IMG/VR virus record: IMGVR_UViG_3300037424_000222
Span: 1 to 55,598 of that record
DNA length: 55,598 nt
Source of the DNA: a virus
Lineage: Duplodnaviria > Caudoviricetes
Direction: 5' to 3' (one strand)
Shown here in pieces: positions 46,351 through 54,613 of the stretch. Every line of letters starts with the position of its first letter. The first letter of the stretch is position 1. The translations under genes were made by a program, and so were the position numbers. The notes below the pieces were generated by a model. The model saw nothing but the letters and a program-made list of their open reading frames with translations, was not told the DNA's origin and searched no databases.

Positions 46351-46539
46351 CTATTTGATTACTAGCCTTAGTGCCCTACAAAACTTAGTGGCACCTTGAA
46401 TGAATTGTACATCCTTCTTCTCTTCTAGTAGACGATCTACCAGAAGTCTCTCTTCTTCCTCTAGGGCTTTACGGAGTATTTCCATATTGCCCCCTCTAAT
46501 TCTGTCTATCTCATCTTGCGTTAGTCTATTTAGTAACAT
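46351..46539 (-). CDS. Small protein between portal and scaffold
   Basis: Helical, IQG motif; typical position. Confidence 0.55.
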   Translation of the reverse strand: MLLNRLTQDEIDRIRGGNMEILRKALEEEERLLVDRLLEEKKDVQFIQGATKFCRALRLVIK

Positions 46540-48793
46540 TAGTTTTTATCTCTTGTCCCTTTAGTGCTACCGCAGCATTTCTCTTATTAGCAATGTCCCT
46601 CTGTGTCCCGGTCATCTTAGTGGCCTCAAGCAGTGCAGCTGTCTTAGCAGCTATCGACTCCTTCTTAAGCTCAATGTCCTGTACCTTAAGGGATACATCT
46701 GCATCCTGCTTCTCCCTCTTAATAGCCAGGGCTTCTCTTTGAACAGCTTGTGCCCCAGCAGCCATCTCCTTCTGTCCATCTACCTGAACCTTAGTCGCCT
46801 CAATGGATGCAGACTCCTTAGTGGGCTTGCTAGCTGCATCAGCCGCTGCTTTCTCCTCACGGTCCTTTAACTCCAGTCTAGACGGGATCGGGTTATTAAT
46901 AAAGCCGATATCCTTGGCAACCTCACGTAGTATTGTAGAGCGTCCCTCCAATCCGAGAATCTGCATATCAATGGGGTTGGAGGTAAGCTGTAGGAACTCA
47001 TTCCTTCTCAGCTGCTCTGCACCACGAATAGTGATAGCCATGGTTCCACGTGGGATTACACAAATATCACCAGTAAAAGTGCTAGACTCCTTACTACGGA
47101 TATTATAGTAGAACTGAAACTCTACACGTGGTTTAATTAGGCCAGTATCAATATGCCTGATAGCATCCTTAATACTTTTGGTTGAGCTATCTATAAGCAT
47201 GCTGAGACCACCTACAGTGGCCGCTGCACCGCCAACCTTCTCATTACCATACGCATACCTAGGAACGCCCGTAGCGTCGTCTGCACGCTGCTCAAACTCC
47301 TTATAGACAGCGAGTAACTCTGCTGCATTACTTGAGGGCTGGAAGAAGTTGATAGCACGGCCACCAGCACCAGTAGGATCAGAGGTAAGCTGCCAGATAT
47401 GCCAGGGACGCATCCCCTCAATAGCACCCTTATCGGCCAACCGATCCACATAAACCTCAACCTGGGGTCCAGAGGCCATTCCCATATTATTAGCCAGAGC
47501 ACGTGCTGTTGCATTGCACATCCTGGCAATATCTCTCATCAAGTTGGGGAGAGAACGACCCCAGATGGAACCTGGGCGATTCTGAAAAGATGCTGCATAG
47601 TATGGTCTACGAGAAAGCGGGTCATCATTGATAGATGCCTTAATTACCTCATTACCAATTAGTACTGCCTCAATATCAAGTTCTACTGTGTCCTCATACT
47701 CTAAACCTGTGAGGCCCCATTCCTTTAGTAATTTTGCAGAGGCTGACCCAAAGTAGTGAAGACCATGTACCATTCCCTTGTTTGCGTCTAGCTGGGTTCC
47801 CTTCATCTCCAACTGTGCTTTCTCAGACTCAATACCTGTAAACAGGGTATCAAAGGATTGATCAAGGGCTAGTACAGCCTCAATCTTCTCACTATCATAA
47901 CCCTCTACACCCTTAAGATCATTGATTTCCTTACGTGTATACCGTACATGCTCAACTAGGTTACCCTCCTCAATGCGACTTGCACTGGGAGATGGGTAAA
48001 TATCAAAAGGGGATACCCGCTTATTGAGGAAGGAGAACTCTGAGGAGGTCTTAGCTATACCATTAACCCAGGTCAACTTACTATTCTTAGTAATAATTGG
48101 GCCTTTCATAAAGGCGGTAGGGAATACTGAGAAGTCCTCAATAAAATCAGTTAAGGCAGTGTCCCAACGACCCTCAAGAAGCTGATCATATACCTCAGTC
48201 TCCATCTTCTTAGCCTGATACTTAGCCTCAGCCATGATTTCCTCCATGACTGCCTCTTCAATATCTCTACGATTCTGGTTTAACTCTTTTATTTTCTTCT
48301 GTGCAGTCTTGGTATCTACACCACCCTCTTTGTGGGTAGCTTCGAGCATGGACTTCCATTCATTTTGGATAGATGTGGTAATTGTATCTTGGATATCTTG
48401 GGGTAAATTCGGGAGGGGAGTAGGTTCAAAGGAGAAGGGCTTATCCTTACTAAGCAGAAGGTCTCCAATCCACGAAGTAGCTGTCCTACATTTTGTAGCG
48501 GTAAGATTCATGTATATTTCTGAGCCACCCTCCTCACGAATCTTCATCAGATCAGAGGGATCATACTCACCATTGTACGCACGCAAGCATGAGAAGAGTT
48601 CCTCTTCAATACCGGAGGACTTCTTAGCATCTTTATTGGTATCAAATACAGTACGAATATGGGAAGCGAGTGAAGAAGAGAATGCGTCTAGGTTTTTCTC
48701 ATTCTCCTTCTCAGTTACCCCATCCATCTGTAGCAGTTCCTGGTCTACAAGGTCTTGTGTACCAAGTACTATAAGTCCTTTAATCTCTTCCAT
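46526..48793 (-). CDS. Portal protein
   Basis: 755 aa after TerL; VSPFDIYP.P, WG..LP.LMRD, NM..ASGPQ, AD..TGVP, T..GLSML. Confidence 0.88.
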   Translation of the reverse strand: MEEIKGLIVLGTQDLVDQELLQMDGVTEKENEKNLDAFSSSLASHIRTVFDTNKDAKKSSGIEEELFSCLRAYNGEYDPSDLMKIREEGGSEIYMNLTATKCRTATSWIGDLLLSKDKPFSFEPTPLPNLPQDIQDTITTSIQNEWKSMLEATHKEGGVDTKTAQKKIKELNQNRRDIEEAVMEEIMAEAKYQAKKMETEVYDQLLEGRWDTALTDFIEDFSVFPTAFMKGPIITKNSKLTWVNGIAKTSSEFSFLNKRVSPFDIYPSPSASRIEEGNLVEHVRYTRKEINDLKGVEGYDSEKIEAVLALDQSFDTLFTGIESEKAQLEMKGTQLDANKGMVHGLHYFGSASAKLLKEWGLTGLEYEDTVELDIEAVLIGNEVIKASINDDPLSRRPYYAASFQNRPGSIWGRSLPNLMRDIARMCNATARALANNMGMASGPQVEVYVDRLADKGAIEGMRPWHIWQLTSDPTGAGGRAINFFQPSSNAAELLAVYKEFEQRADDATGVPRYAYGNEKVGGAAATVGGLSMLIDSSTKSIKDAIRHIDTGLIKPRVEFQFYYNIRSKESSTFTGDICVIPRGTMAITIRGAEQLRRNEFLQLTSNPIDMQILGLEGRSTILREVAKDIGFINNPIPSRLELKDREEKAAADAASKPTKESASIEATKVQVDGQKEMAAGAQAVQREALAIKREKQDADVSLKVQDIELKKESIAAKTAALLEATKMTGTQRDIANKRNAAVALKGQEIKTNVTK

Positions 48794-48796
48794 TAA

Positions 48797-50176
48797 TTAT
48801 GCCCACAGGTATGAGGATTTTACTACTTGCCTAGGTTTATATCGCATAGGGGAGTATGAGAGTGTATTTATAGCGAATGTGAGTGCAAGTGCATCAGAGT
48901 AATCTGGACTATCTTGCCCCCTCTTCTTCATATCCCTTTTGCTTTCTAGTATAATCTGTAACTTGTTATTGTAGGAGTAATTGATACCAACCAAATCAGA
49001 TCGTAACTGAGGGTGATAGGGTAATGAGGCGTTACTAATCCAGTCCCTTACCTCACCATACAACTCTGATCGTAGGTTGTAGAATGTCTTCTGCTGCGTA
49101 GAGGGGGAGGATACGTTAATGTCTAGTACTGGAATATCAAAGCGTTTAAGCTGATCAACAACACCAGAGCCTACACCAATACCATCTACTGCTACAGCTG
49201 AGTAGGAGTTAGACTGGTAGTACTCTAGGATTTTCTCTGTAAAGCTGACAGTATCAATCCCCTTAAAAGCTATTAAGTTATGCAGCTTAGGCCCCTGTCT
49301 ATCAGCGATAACACAACTATCATTACCGAAACGGGCCACATCACAACCCAGGATACGCTGGTAGTTCTGGTATTCCCTAGGCATCAGCTGCCTTTGCATA
49401 GCCTCATCTATTACTCCAGCTGAGAAGAACTGTGCCTCGGACAAAGTGGGGAACTCCCCAAGAACTCGCATCTTATAGAAGTCTGAGGTAATACCATAGT
49501 ACTCCTCTACTTCCTTTATCCACACTTTGTCTACGTTCGGGGATTGATCAGCAGTAAAGGTAAATCGTGACCAACCGGTAACCTTATCAGCGAAGAGGTC
49601 GTAGAAAGCACCCTCTGCACGAACCGGGTTACTCACAAGGATGAAGCTAGTATCACCGGAGGAAAGAGTACCATACAAGGTATCAAAGATTTCCTTAGGG
49701 AGTGCCGAAGCCTCATCAATCATTATCACAACCTTAGAGGCATGGAGACCAGCAAAGTTCTCTTTATTATCGGAGGAGCCAGTAATCCATGAACACATCT
49801 GTGTACCTTTCTTACCCTCAATATAGCAGTTATCATTCATGATATTGTAGAAGGGTTTAAAGAGAGGGTTCATACGTCCGTGCCATAGTAATAACTCTGA
49901 TCGGAATACACGGAAAAGCTGTGAGGCTGTGGGTGCTGTAACCAGCATCTTACAATCGGGGTAGCAGATAAGGAAGAAGAGGGTAAGCCAAGCCAGTACA
50001 GCAGTTTTTCCAGAACTGGTGCAAGACTTTACTGCTACACGGCTATTCTCTCCAACCGCTGCAAGGATCAAATCTATCTGCTGATCTGTGGGAGATGCGC
50101 CTATAACATCCCTAATGAATGCTAGTGGGTTCTCCTTATACATAGCTAGTAGTGTGACTAACTTATCAGTAGACAT
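48797..50176 (-). CDS. terL: Terminase large subunit
   Basis: Walker A SGKT, TAPT..QL, AGLH, IDEAS, SNP, LGCDVARFGND, SPD.SDALALT. Confidence 0.95.
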   Translation of the reverse strand: MSTDKLVTLLAMYKENPLAFIRDVIGASPTDQQIDLILAAVGENSRVAVKSCTSSGKTAVLAWLTLFFLICYPDCKMLVTAPTASQLFRVFRSELLLWHGRMNPLFKPFYNIMNDNCYIEGKKGTQMCSWITGSSDNKENFAGLHASKVVIMIDEASALPKEIFDTLYGTLSSGDTSFILVSNPVRAEGAFYDLFADKVTGWSRFTFTADQSPNVDKVWIKEVEEYYGITSDFYKMRVLGEFPTLSEAQFFSAGVIDEAMQRQLMPREYQNYQRILGCDVARFGNDSCVIADRQGPKLHNLIAFKGIDTVSFTEKILEYYQSNSYSAVAVDGIGVGSGVVDQLKRFDIPVLDINVSSPSTQQKTFYNLRSELYGEVRDWISNASLPYHPQLRSDLVGINYSYNNKLQIILESKRDMKKRGQDSPDYSDALALTFAINTLSYSPMRYKPRQVVKSSYLWA

Positions 50177-50296
50177 GTGATCCTTTCTATTTTATTTAGA
50201 GTGGGCTCTTTGTTTCAAGAGAGGAGCCCCAGTAGACTCTCTATTCTAGAAGGGTTGACTGTAACCATACGGCCAGGGAATCAACCACGATTAATC

Positions 50297-50578
50297 TTAA
50301 GCTGCATTGGTTACCAGCTTGAAGACACATGATGCAGAGGTACCTACATTTACGTAGAGACCAGAGGTACCAGTAGCAACATCGGTATCAATGAAGAGGC
50401 AGCCCTTAGCATAAGTAGTGCCCGCATCAGCTGGCAGGGTAGTGCCTGTAGCAAGGAGGGTTTTACCAAGGGAGTCTTTCATCAGCACAGTTACACCAGT
50501 AGCACCAGCAACACCAACAGCCTTCAATTCATTTACAGACAGAGAACCAACACCCATACGAGAAATAGTATTACTCAT
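50297..50578 (-). CDS. Small putative virion (decoration or fibre-like) protein
   Basis: AAGGAG RBS; YAKGCLFID...LYVN.GT motif. Confidence 0.55.
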   Translation of the reverse strand: MSNTISRMGVGSLSVNELKAVGVAGATGVTVLMKDSLGKTLLATGTTLPADAGTTYAKGCLFIDTDVATGTSGLYVNVGTSASCVFKLVTNAA

Positions 50579-50629
50579 GTTATACTCCTTTTTGTGGGCC
50601 TGACTGCTGCCCTTTAATAAATAATGTAA

Positions 50630-50705
50630 TGGTGGCAGATAAGGGACTCGAACCCTTGATTCCAAAGTTATGAGCCTTGTGAGATAGCCGCTTCTCTAAT
50701 CTGCT
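50630..50705 (-). tRNA. tRNA-Met(CAT), initiator-like
   Basis: Cloverleaf with loop CT-CAT-AA, 1:72 mismatch, A11-U24 pair and encoded CCA. Confidence 0.85.
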
Positions 50706-50710
50706 ACAGG

Positions 50711-50786
50711 TGGGGCTGGATACAGGCATCGAACCCGTGACCCTCTGATTACAAAACAGTTGCTCTACCAACTGAGCTAATCCAGC
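50711..50786 (-). tRNA. tRNA-Thr(TGT)
   Basis: GCTGGATTAGCTCAGTTGGTAGAGC, loop TT-TGT-AA, GGTTCGA, encoded CCA. Confidence 0.85.
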
Positions 50787-50793
50787 ATACAGA

Positions 50794-51732
50794 CTACTCC
50801 ATAGTCCATGTTTCACTTGGTGTACCAGAGATAGGGACTTCCTTAGCATCTGCTGGCATTAACCTCTTCTTACTAACTTCCTTCTTAGCTAGGTCGAGTA
50901 GAGTATCCAAGGCTTGGTCTGGCCTAATCTCTTCAATTCTGATTGTTTCTGTAAATGCATTGCATGTACGACCAAGTAACTCTACCGAACGGAGAAGTTG
51001 TGCTCTATTACTCTTATCCTCAACCTCTTCCTTTAGTGCCTCAATCTGATCAACAAGGACAGACTGAATGTAGCCCTTATCAATCTTTAAGTCCTCAAGC
51101 TTACGTTCCCGTAGGGAGATTATATACTCCTTTACGTTATCCTTACTACGAAGGTAGAAGCCCCTTATCTTAGCTGCATTCTGAAAAGAGACAGGTTCCA
51201 ACCTAGGGGTACCATCACTCTCTTTTAGTTTCCCATGCAGGAGGAGTCCCTCTGCGAGACCAGATTGTTTAAGGGCCTTCATGTTATCCCCGGTGAAGGT
51301 GTAAATCCAAGCGTAGGATTGTTCCTTCTCGGTGAGGATAGGTGCGTTGGGGTGGGAGAGGAGTGAGAGAAAAGCATCGTTGATTAATACTGGATCAGCC
51401 CTACGCATGAGTGCTTTACTGGTAGTGGAGAACTTATTCTCACCACAATCAACTAGCTTGTATGTTTCTGCAAGATTATTAATATCATTCTGAAAGTCTC
51501 TGATACACTTACGAATTGTGTCATAGTGTACCTTGTACTTCTCAGCTAAACTCTGGTAGGTGCCTTTACCATAAACAAAGGAAAAGACAATAGCCATTTT
51601 ATCCTGCAAAGAAAGGACACTATTAGTATCCTCAAGTTTCTCCTTGAGTGTGATGGTTTTCTTGTCCTTGCTTAACTTACCTCTCTCCACTTTACTTTTA
51701 ACTGGAGTATTGTTAATTTCTAAGAGAGCCAT
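50794..51732 (-). CDS. Terminase small subunit-like protein with extra N-terminal HTH
   Basis: YQSLAEKYKVHYDTIR HTH; LTEKEQ.Y...Y....A...SG, VKEYI and ELLGR pattern; first gene of the packaging arm. Confidence 0.6.
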   Translation of the reverse strand: MALLEINNTPVKSKVERGKLSKDKKTITLKEKLEDTNSVLSLQDKMAIVFSFVYGKGTYQSLAEKYKVHYDTIRKCIRDFQNDINNLAETYKLVDCGENKFSTTSKALMRRADPVLINDAFLSLLSHPNAPILTEKEQSYAWIYTFTGDNMKALKQSGLAEGLLLHGKLKESDGTPRLEPVSFQNAAKIRGFYLRSKDNVKEYIISLRERKLEDLKIDKGYIQSVLVDQIEALKEEVEDKSNRAQLLRSVELLGRTCNAFTETIRIEEIRPDQALDTLLDLAKKEVSKKRLMPADAKEVPISGTPSETWTME

Positions 51733-51793
51733 GTAAGTCCTTTTGTATTACTTAAGTTTGCGTTTGTATTAGTAGGTACAACAATCAGCTAAT

Positions 51794-51813
51794 AAAAAAC
51801 CTCCCTTCGGGAG
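51794..51813 (-). terminator. Short terminator-like hairpin in the late leader
   Basis: Minus strand CTCCC-GAA-GGGAG-G-TTTTTT. Confidence 0.45.
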
Positions 51814-52195
51814 CCTACTAAGTATTAGCAAGGAATACCTATGTTAATAGTTTACATAGTTATTATATACTATTGATTGATTATCTTAAGAGTAGTAAGA
51901 AACACCTCGCGTATACTGAGATACTCTATGTATACCTTACTAAACCTCCTAACTGTATTATACCATTTTATTTTTATCTTGTCAAGTAGAAAAACACAAA
52001 AATATAAAACTATTTTTGCTTTCCCAGTGTTTCTAGATACTTACAAGTAGCCTTTTTATCAGCTCAAAGTAGGCTAAATATCGACTGTATTGGGTACATA
52101 TTGGGTAGAAGTACCCAACGATTGTAGGTACATATTGGGTATATCTGGCCTATATCTTGGGTATATCTTCCCTTTCCTTGCTAATACTCCGTAGG
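51814..52195. repeat. Inverted repeat pair (15 bp perfect, 20/22 extended) flanking the late promoter
   Basis: AGTATTAGCAAGGAA at 51821-51835, with its reverse complement at 52174-52188. Confidence 0.8.
51942..51985 (-). promoter_or_regulatory. Sigma70-type promoter for the structural arm, with conserved downstream element
   Basis: TTGACA-N17-TATAAT, then ACAGTTAGGAGGTTT. Confidence 0.8.
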
Positions 52196-52500
52196 AAGGA
52201 ACCTTAGGGGGAGTAAGGGTTGTGGGGATGGTGTTGGTACCACTGTTTTCAAATTGTGTTCATAGGGAGACGGGGGGTAACCCCCACCAACCCCCGGATA
52301 CCCATCCCAAAAGAGGGTGCTACCCCCCTCAAACACCCCCCACCGGGGTCTAATTAGCTTTAATTAGGAAAATCCTAGGAATACCCTGGAAACCCTCTGG
52401 AATCCGTGGGTTGTGGGAGTAGGGTTTGCGGGTAGGGGGTGAACCTACGGAGGGCGTTTTTAGGGTAAGAAGAGTAGTAAAAGGTTCGGTGGGGATACCC
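52087..52500. other. Non-coding divergence region, candidate genome termini or origin
   Basis: TTGGGTA short repeats, G and C tracts, a TAATTA box, and the switch of coding strand. Confidence 0.5.
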
Positions 52501-52828
52501 TGGCATACACCAGCACCCCACTACCAACCTTGACCAGTCTGCCAGTTATCCCGGTGCTAGGGATCATTCGGGTCGAATCGTTCTCTCACATAGACCTTGG
52601 AAACGTAAGTCAACCGGACAATTTCTTGTCCCTTGCGTTTTCATGGTGGCCCATAGGGGGCAGAAGTATACCATACTTGCCGACTGGTGTCCCTTGACAC
52701 AGGGATATAACAACGGTGACACATGGGGGAGATTATACCGCCGAGTTAATCTCTGGATTCCACCCATGCAAACGCGACGTACCAGGGTTAGGCGAAAGAT
52801 GCAGATTGCTCTGTAAGCTATGGTGTTC

Positions 52829-52882
52829 TTTGGTAGGGTAGTGCTGTACTGCCCCTGACGAGTCCATAAGGACGAAACCAAA
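52829..52882 (+). ncRNA. Type III hammerhead ribozyme
   Basis: Stem III TTTGGT/ACCAAA, GUA site, stem I GGGTAGT/ACTGCCC, core CTGACGA, stem II GTCC/GGAC, GAAA. Confidence 0.9.
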
Positions 52883-52900
52883 AATGAATGAGGTGTTATC

Positions 52901-53488
52901 ATGGCAAGCGCAAAAGTTTCTTTAAAGTTGGATGCTGTAAAACAGGCTGTTATTTCCTCTGGTTTGGCTATCTCCAATGCCGATATGACTTGTAAGGCCG
53001 TATGGGAATACTGCAAGAAAACCAAGATGCACCACACGGCTCTCCTGGCCTCTTGGTTCACCCTGCCAATGCGGGAAGATGCGCTCGGAAAGGGAAAGCC
53101 CGTAGGCTGTCAGGCTCTTATTGCATCCGGCAAAAAAGATCTGGTTGCAATCGGCCATTTCAGCCAGCACATGTCTACCTGGGTATCCACACACGTTGAA
53201 GACGCCGACAAGGTGTTCGCCTATGCCAAGAGAGCATCCGGTGCTGGTCGTAAGAAAGGACAGCCTGCTTCGCAGTCTGCTACCAAAACCAGTGATTCCG
53301 GCCTTTCCCCGGTTGGTAGACGTGCCTTTGCCAAGCTGGAAGAAAGTAAGAAGAGAGCCGAGAATGCCGTAGTCGTATCCGGCATCACCACAGAACAAGC
53401 TATCATGCTCTTGGAAGAACAGGCAAAGCTGGCCCACAACACTACGGCCTCTGCTCTCCTGGCTTCCATTCGGGCCTTGATGTTATAG
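52901..53488 (+). CDS. First early-arm protein, basic and Ala/Lys-rich, function unknown
   Basis: GAGGT RBS, 195-aa ORF, own terminator. Confidence 0.8.
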   Translation: MASAKVSLKLDAVKQAVISSGLAISNADMTCKAVWEYCKKTKMHHTALLASWFTLPMREDALGKGKPVGCQALIASGKKDLVAIGHFSQHMSTWVSTHVEDADKVFAYAKRASGAGRKKGQPASQSATKTSDSGLSPVGRRAFAKLEESKKRAENAVVVSGITTEQAIMLLEEQAKLAHNTTASALLASIRALML

Positions 53489-53533
53489 ATCACGATTCTT
53501 TCAGAATCCTGCTAAGTATACCAGGGATTGAGA

Positions 53534-53567
53534 GTAGGGAGCGGCTGTATTGCTCCCTATTTTCTTT
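53534..53567 (+). terminator. Intrinsic terminator
   Basis: TAGGGAGC/GCTCCCTA stem followed by TTTTCTTT. Confidence 0.75.
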
Positions 53568-53671
53568 CCCCCACTTAACAGGATAAAAAACATGAACGCT
53601 AAACGACAAGAGATTATTGTATGGATACCCCGGAAAGCAGGGGATACCGCAGAGTGTGAAGGAGGAGTAAA

Positions 53672-53770
53672 ATGGTTTATCTTGTTCTTGTCTTTATCCT
53701 TGCATTCTTTCTCTTCTCTATCGTTGCATTCTCTATTAACCATGAGGCAAGAAAAAGGGAGGAAGAATAG
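53672..53770 (+). CDS. Small single-pass membrane protein (32 aa)
   Basis: AGGAG RBS; MVYLVLVFILAFFLFSIVAFSINHEARKREEE. Confidence 0.5.
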   Translation: MVYLVLVFILAFFLFSIVAFSINHEARKREEE

Positions 53771-53857
53771 ATGAAACTCTATTATAAGTGTAAGCTGGAG
53801 AAGAAATGTACAGGGGGGACCTGTAATTACACCCCCAAACACCAATCAGGAGACAAT

Positions 53858-54262
53858 ATGTGTGATATAAAACAACCTAAGCTAATTGAAATGGATAAGA
53901 AGTATACCTTTAAGGGGCACCCCGTGAGGATTCTTTGTGTAGACAAGGAAGGAGAGAACTCAGTAGTAGCACTCTACAATGACAATGGTGTTGAGGTGGT
54001 TATAACCCTAACTAAGTATGGCCGTTACTCTTTTTCTGTCTCCCTTGAAGAGGTATCCCCATATGCCGGTTGGAAAATGGATGATGCGGTTCTCGTATCA
54101 GACTATAAGAATGGGCCATGGTATGAGGCTCATTTCAGTCATGTAGAGGGGAGTGGGGTAGTGGTATTCCCTAAGGGAATGACCTCCTGGACTACAAAAA
54201 GATTCTCTTATATGGAAAAGGTTTGTTGGTGGAGGTTTGGAAAGAAACTAAGTATAAGCTAA
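53858..54262 (+). CDS. Hypothetical phage protein
   Basis: AGGAG RBS; G..VRILCVD......VVAL motif. Confidence 0.65.
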   Translation: MCDIKQPKLIEMDKKYTFKGHPVRILCVDKEGENSVVALYNDNGVEVVITLTKYGRYSFSVSLEEVSPYAGWKMDDAVLVSDYKNGPWYEAHFSHVEGSGVVVFPKGMTSWTTKRFSYMEKVCWWRFGKKLSIS

Positions 54263-54410
54263 CTAGAGGCCCCGTAAATGCCCCACCACGCCACCCTCAT
54301 ACCAAACCATACCACCACACCAGCCAATGCGTAAACGTGCCGCTACGGTGCCTTTAAGGTGCCTTAAAAGGAAAGAAGTTCCTTCTTATAGAAGCAAAGG
54401 AGTAAAGCCA

Positions 54411-54572
54411 ATGAAAGATACTGAAATGTATAATAAACACATTGCCAATCCGGGTGGATGGACACTTTTCCACATGATGGGGGATGCGAAGAGGGGGAGT
54501 CCTTGTGGTGCATACAGCCTCCGGTTTGCCCGTTTCTTTTCCAAGCATCGTACCCTAATTAGTTTTAATTAG
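54411..54572 (+). CDS. Small hypothetical protein
   Basis: AAGGAG RBS. Confidence 0.45.
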   Translation: MKDTEMYNKHIANPGGWTLFHMMGDAKRGSPCGAYSLRFARFFSKHRTLISFN

Positions 54573-54600
54573 AAGAAGGCAAAGCCTACTTCGTAGTCTT
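54556..54600 (+). repeat. Composite element: TAATTA box plus double-hairpin unit
   Basis: TAATTAGTTTTAATTAGAAGAAGGCAAAGCCTACTTCGTAGTCTT, directly before an AGGAG RBS. Confidence 0.85.
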
Positions 54601-54613
54601 AGGAGAAAGAAAA

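Noticed and set aside
50580-50630. Theta/HDV-like ribozyme downstream of the tRNAs
   Set aside because: No nested double pseudoknot could be identified by eye after any tRNA.
52765-52825. c-di-GMP-I riboswitch (GCAAAC...GAAA)
   Set aside because: The required stems and the GCAAAG junction could not be built.
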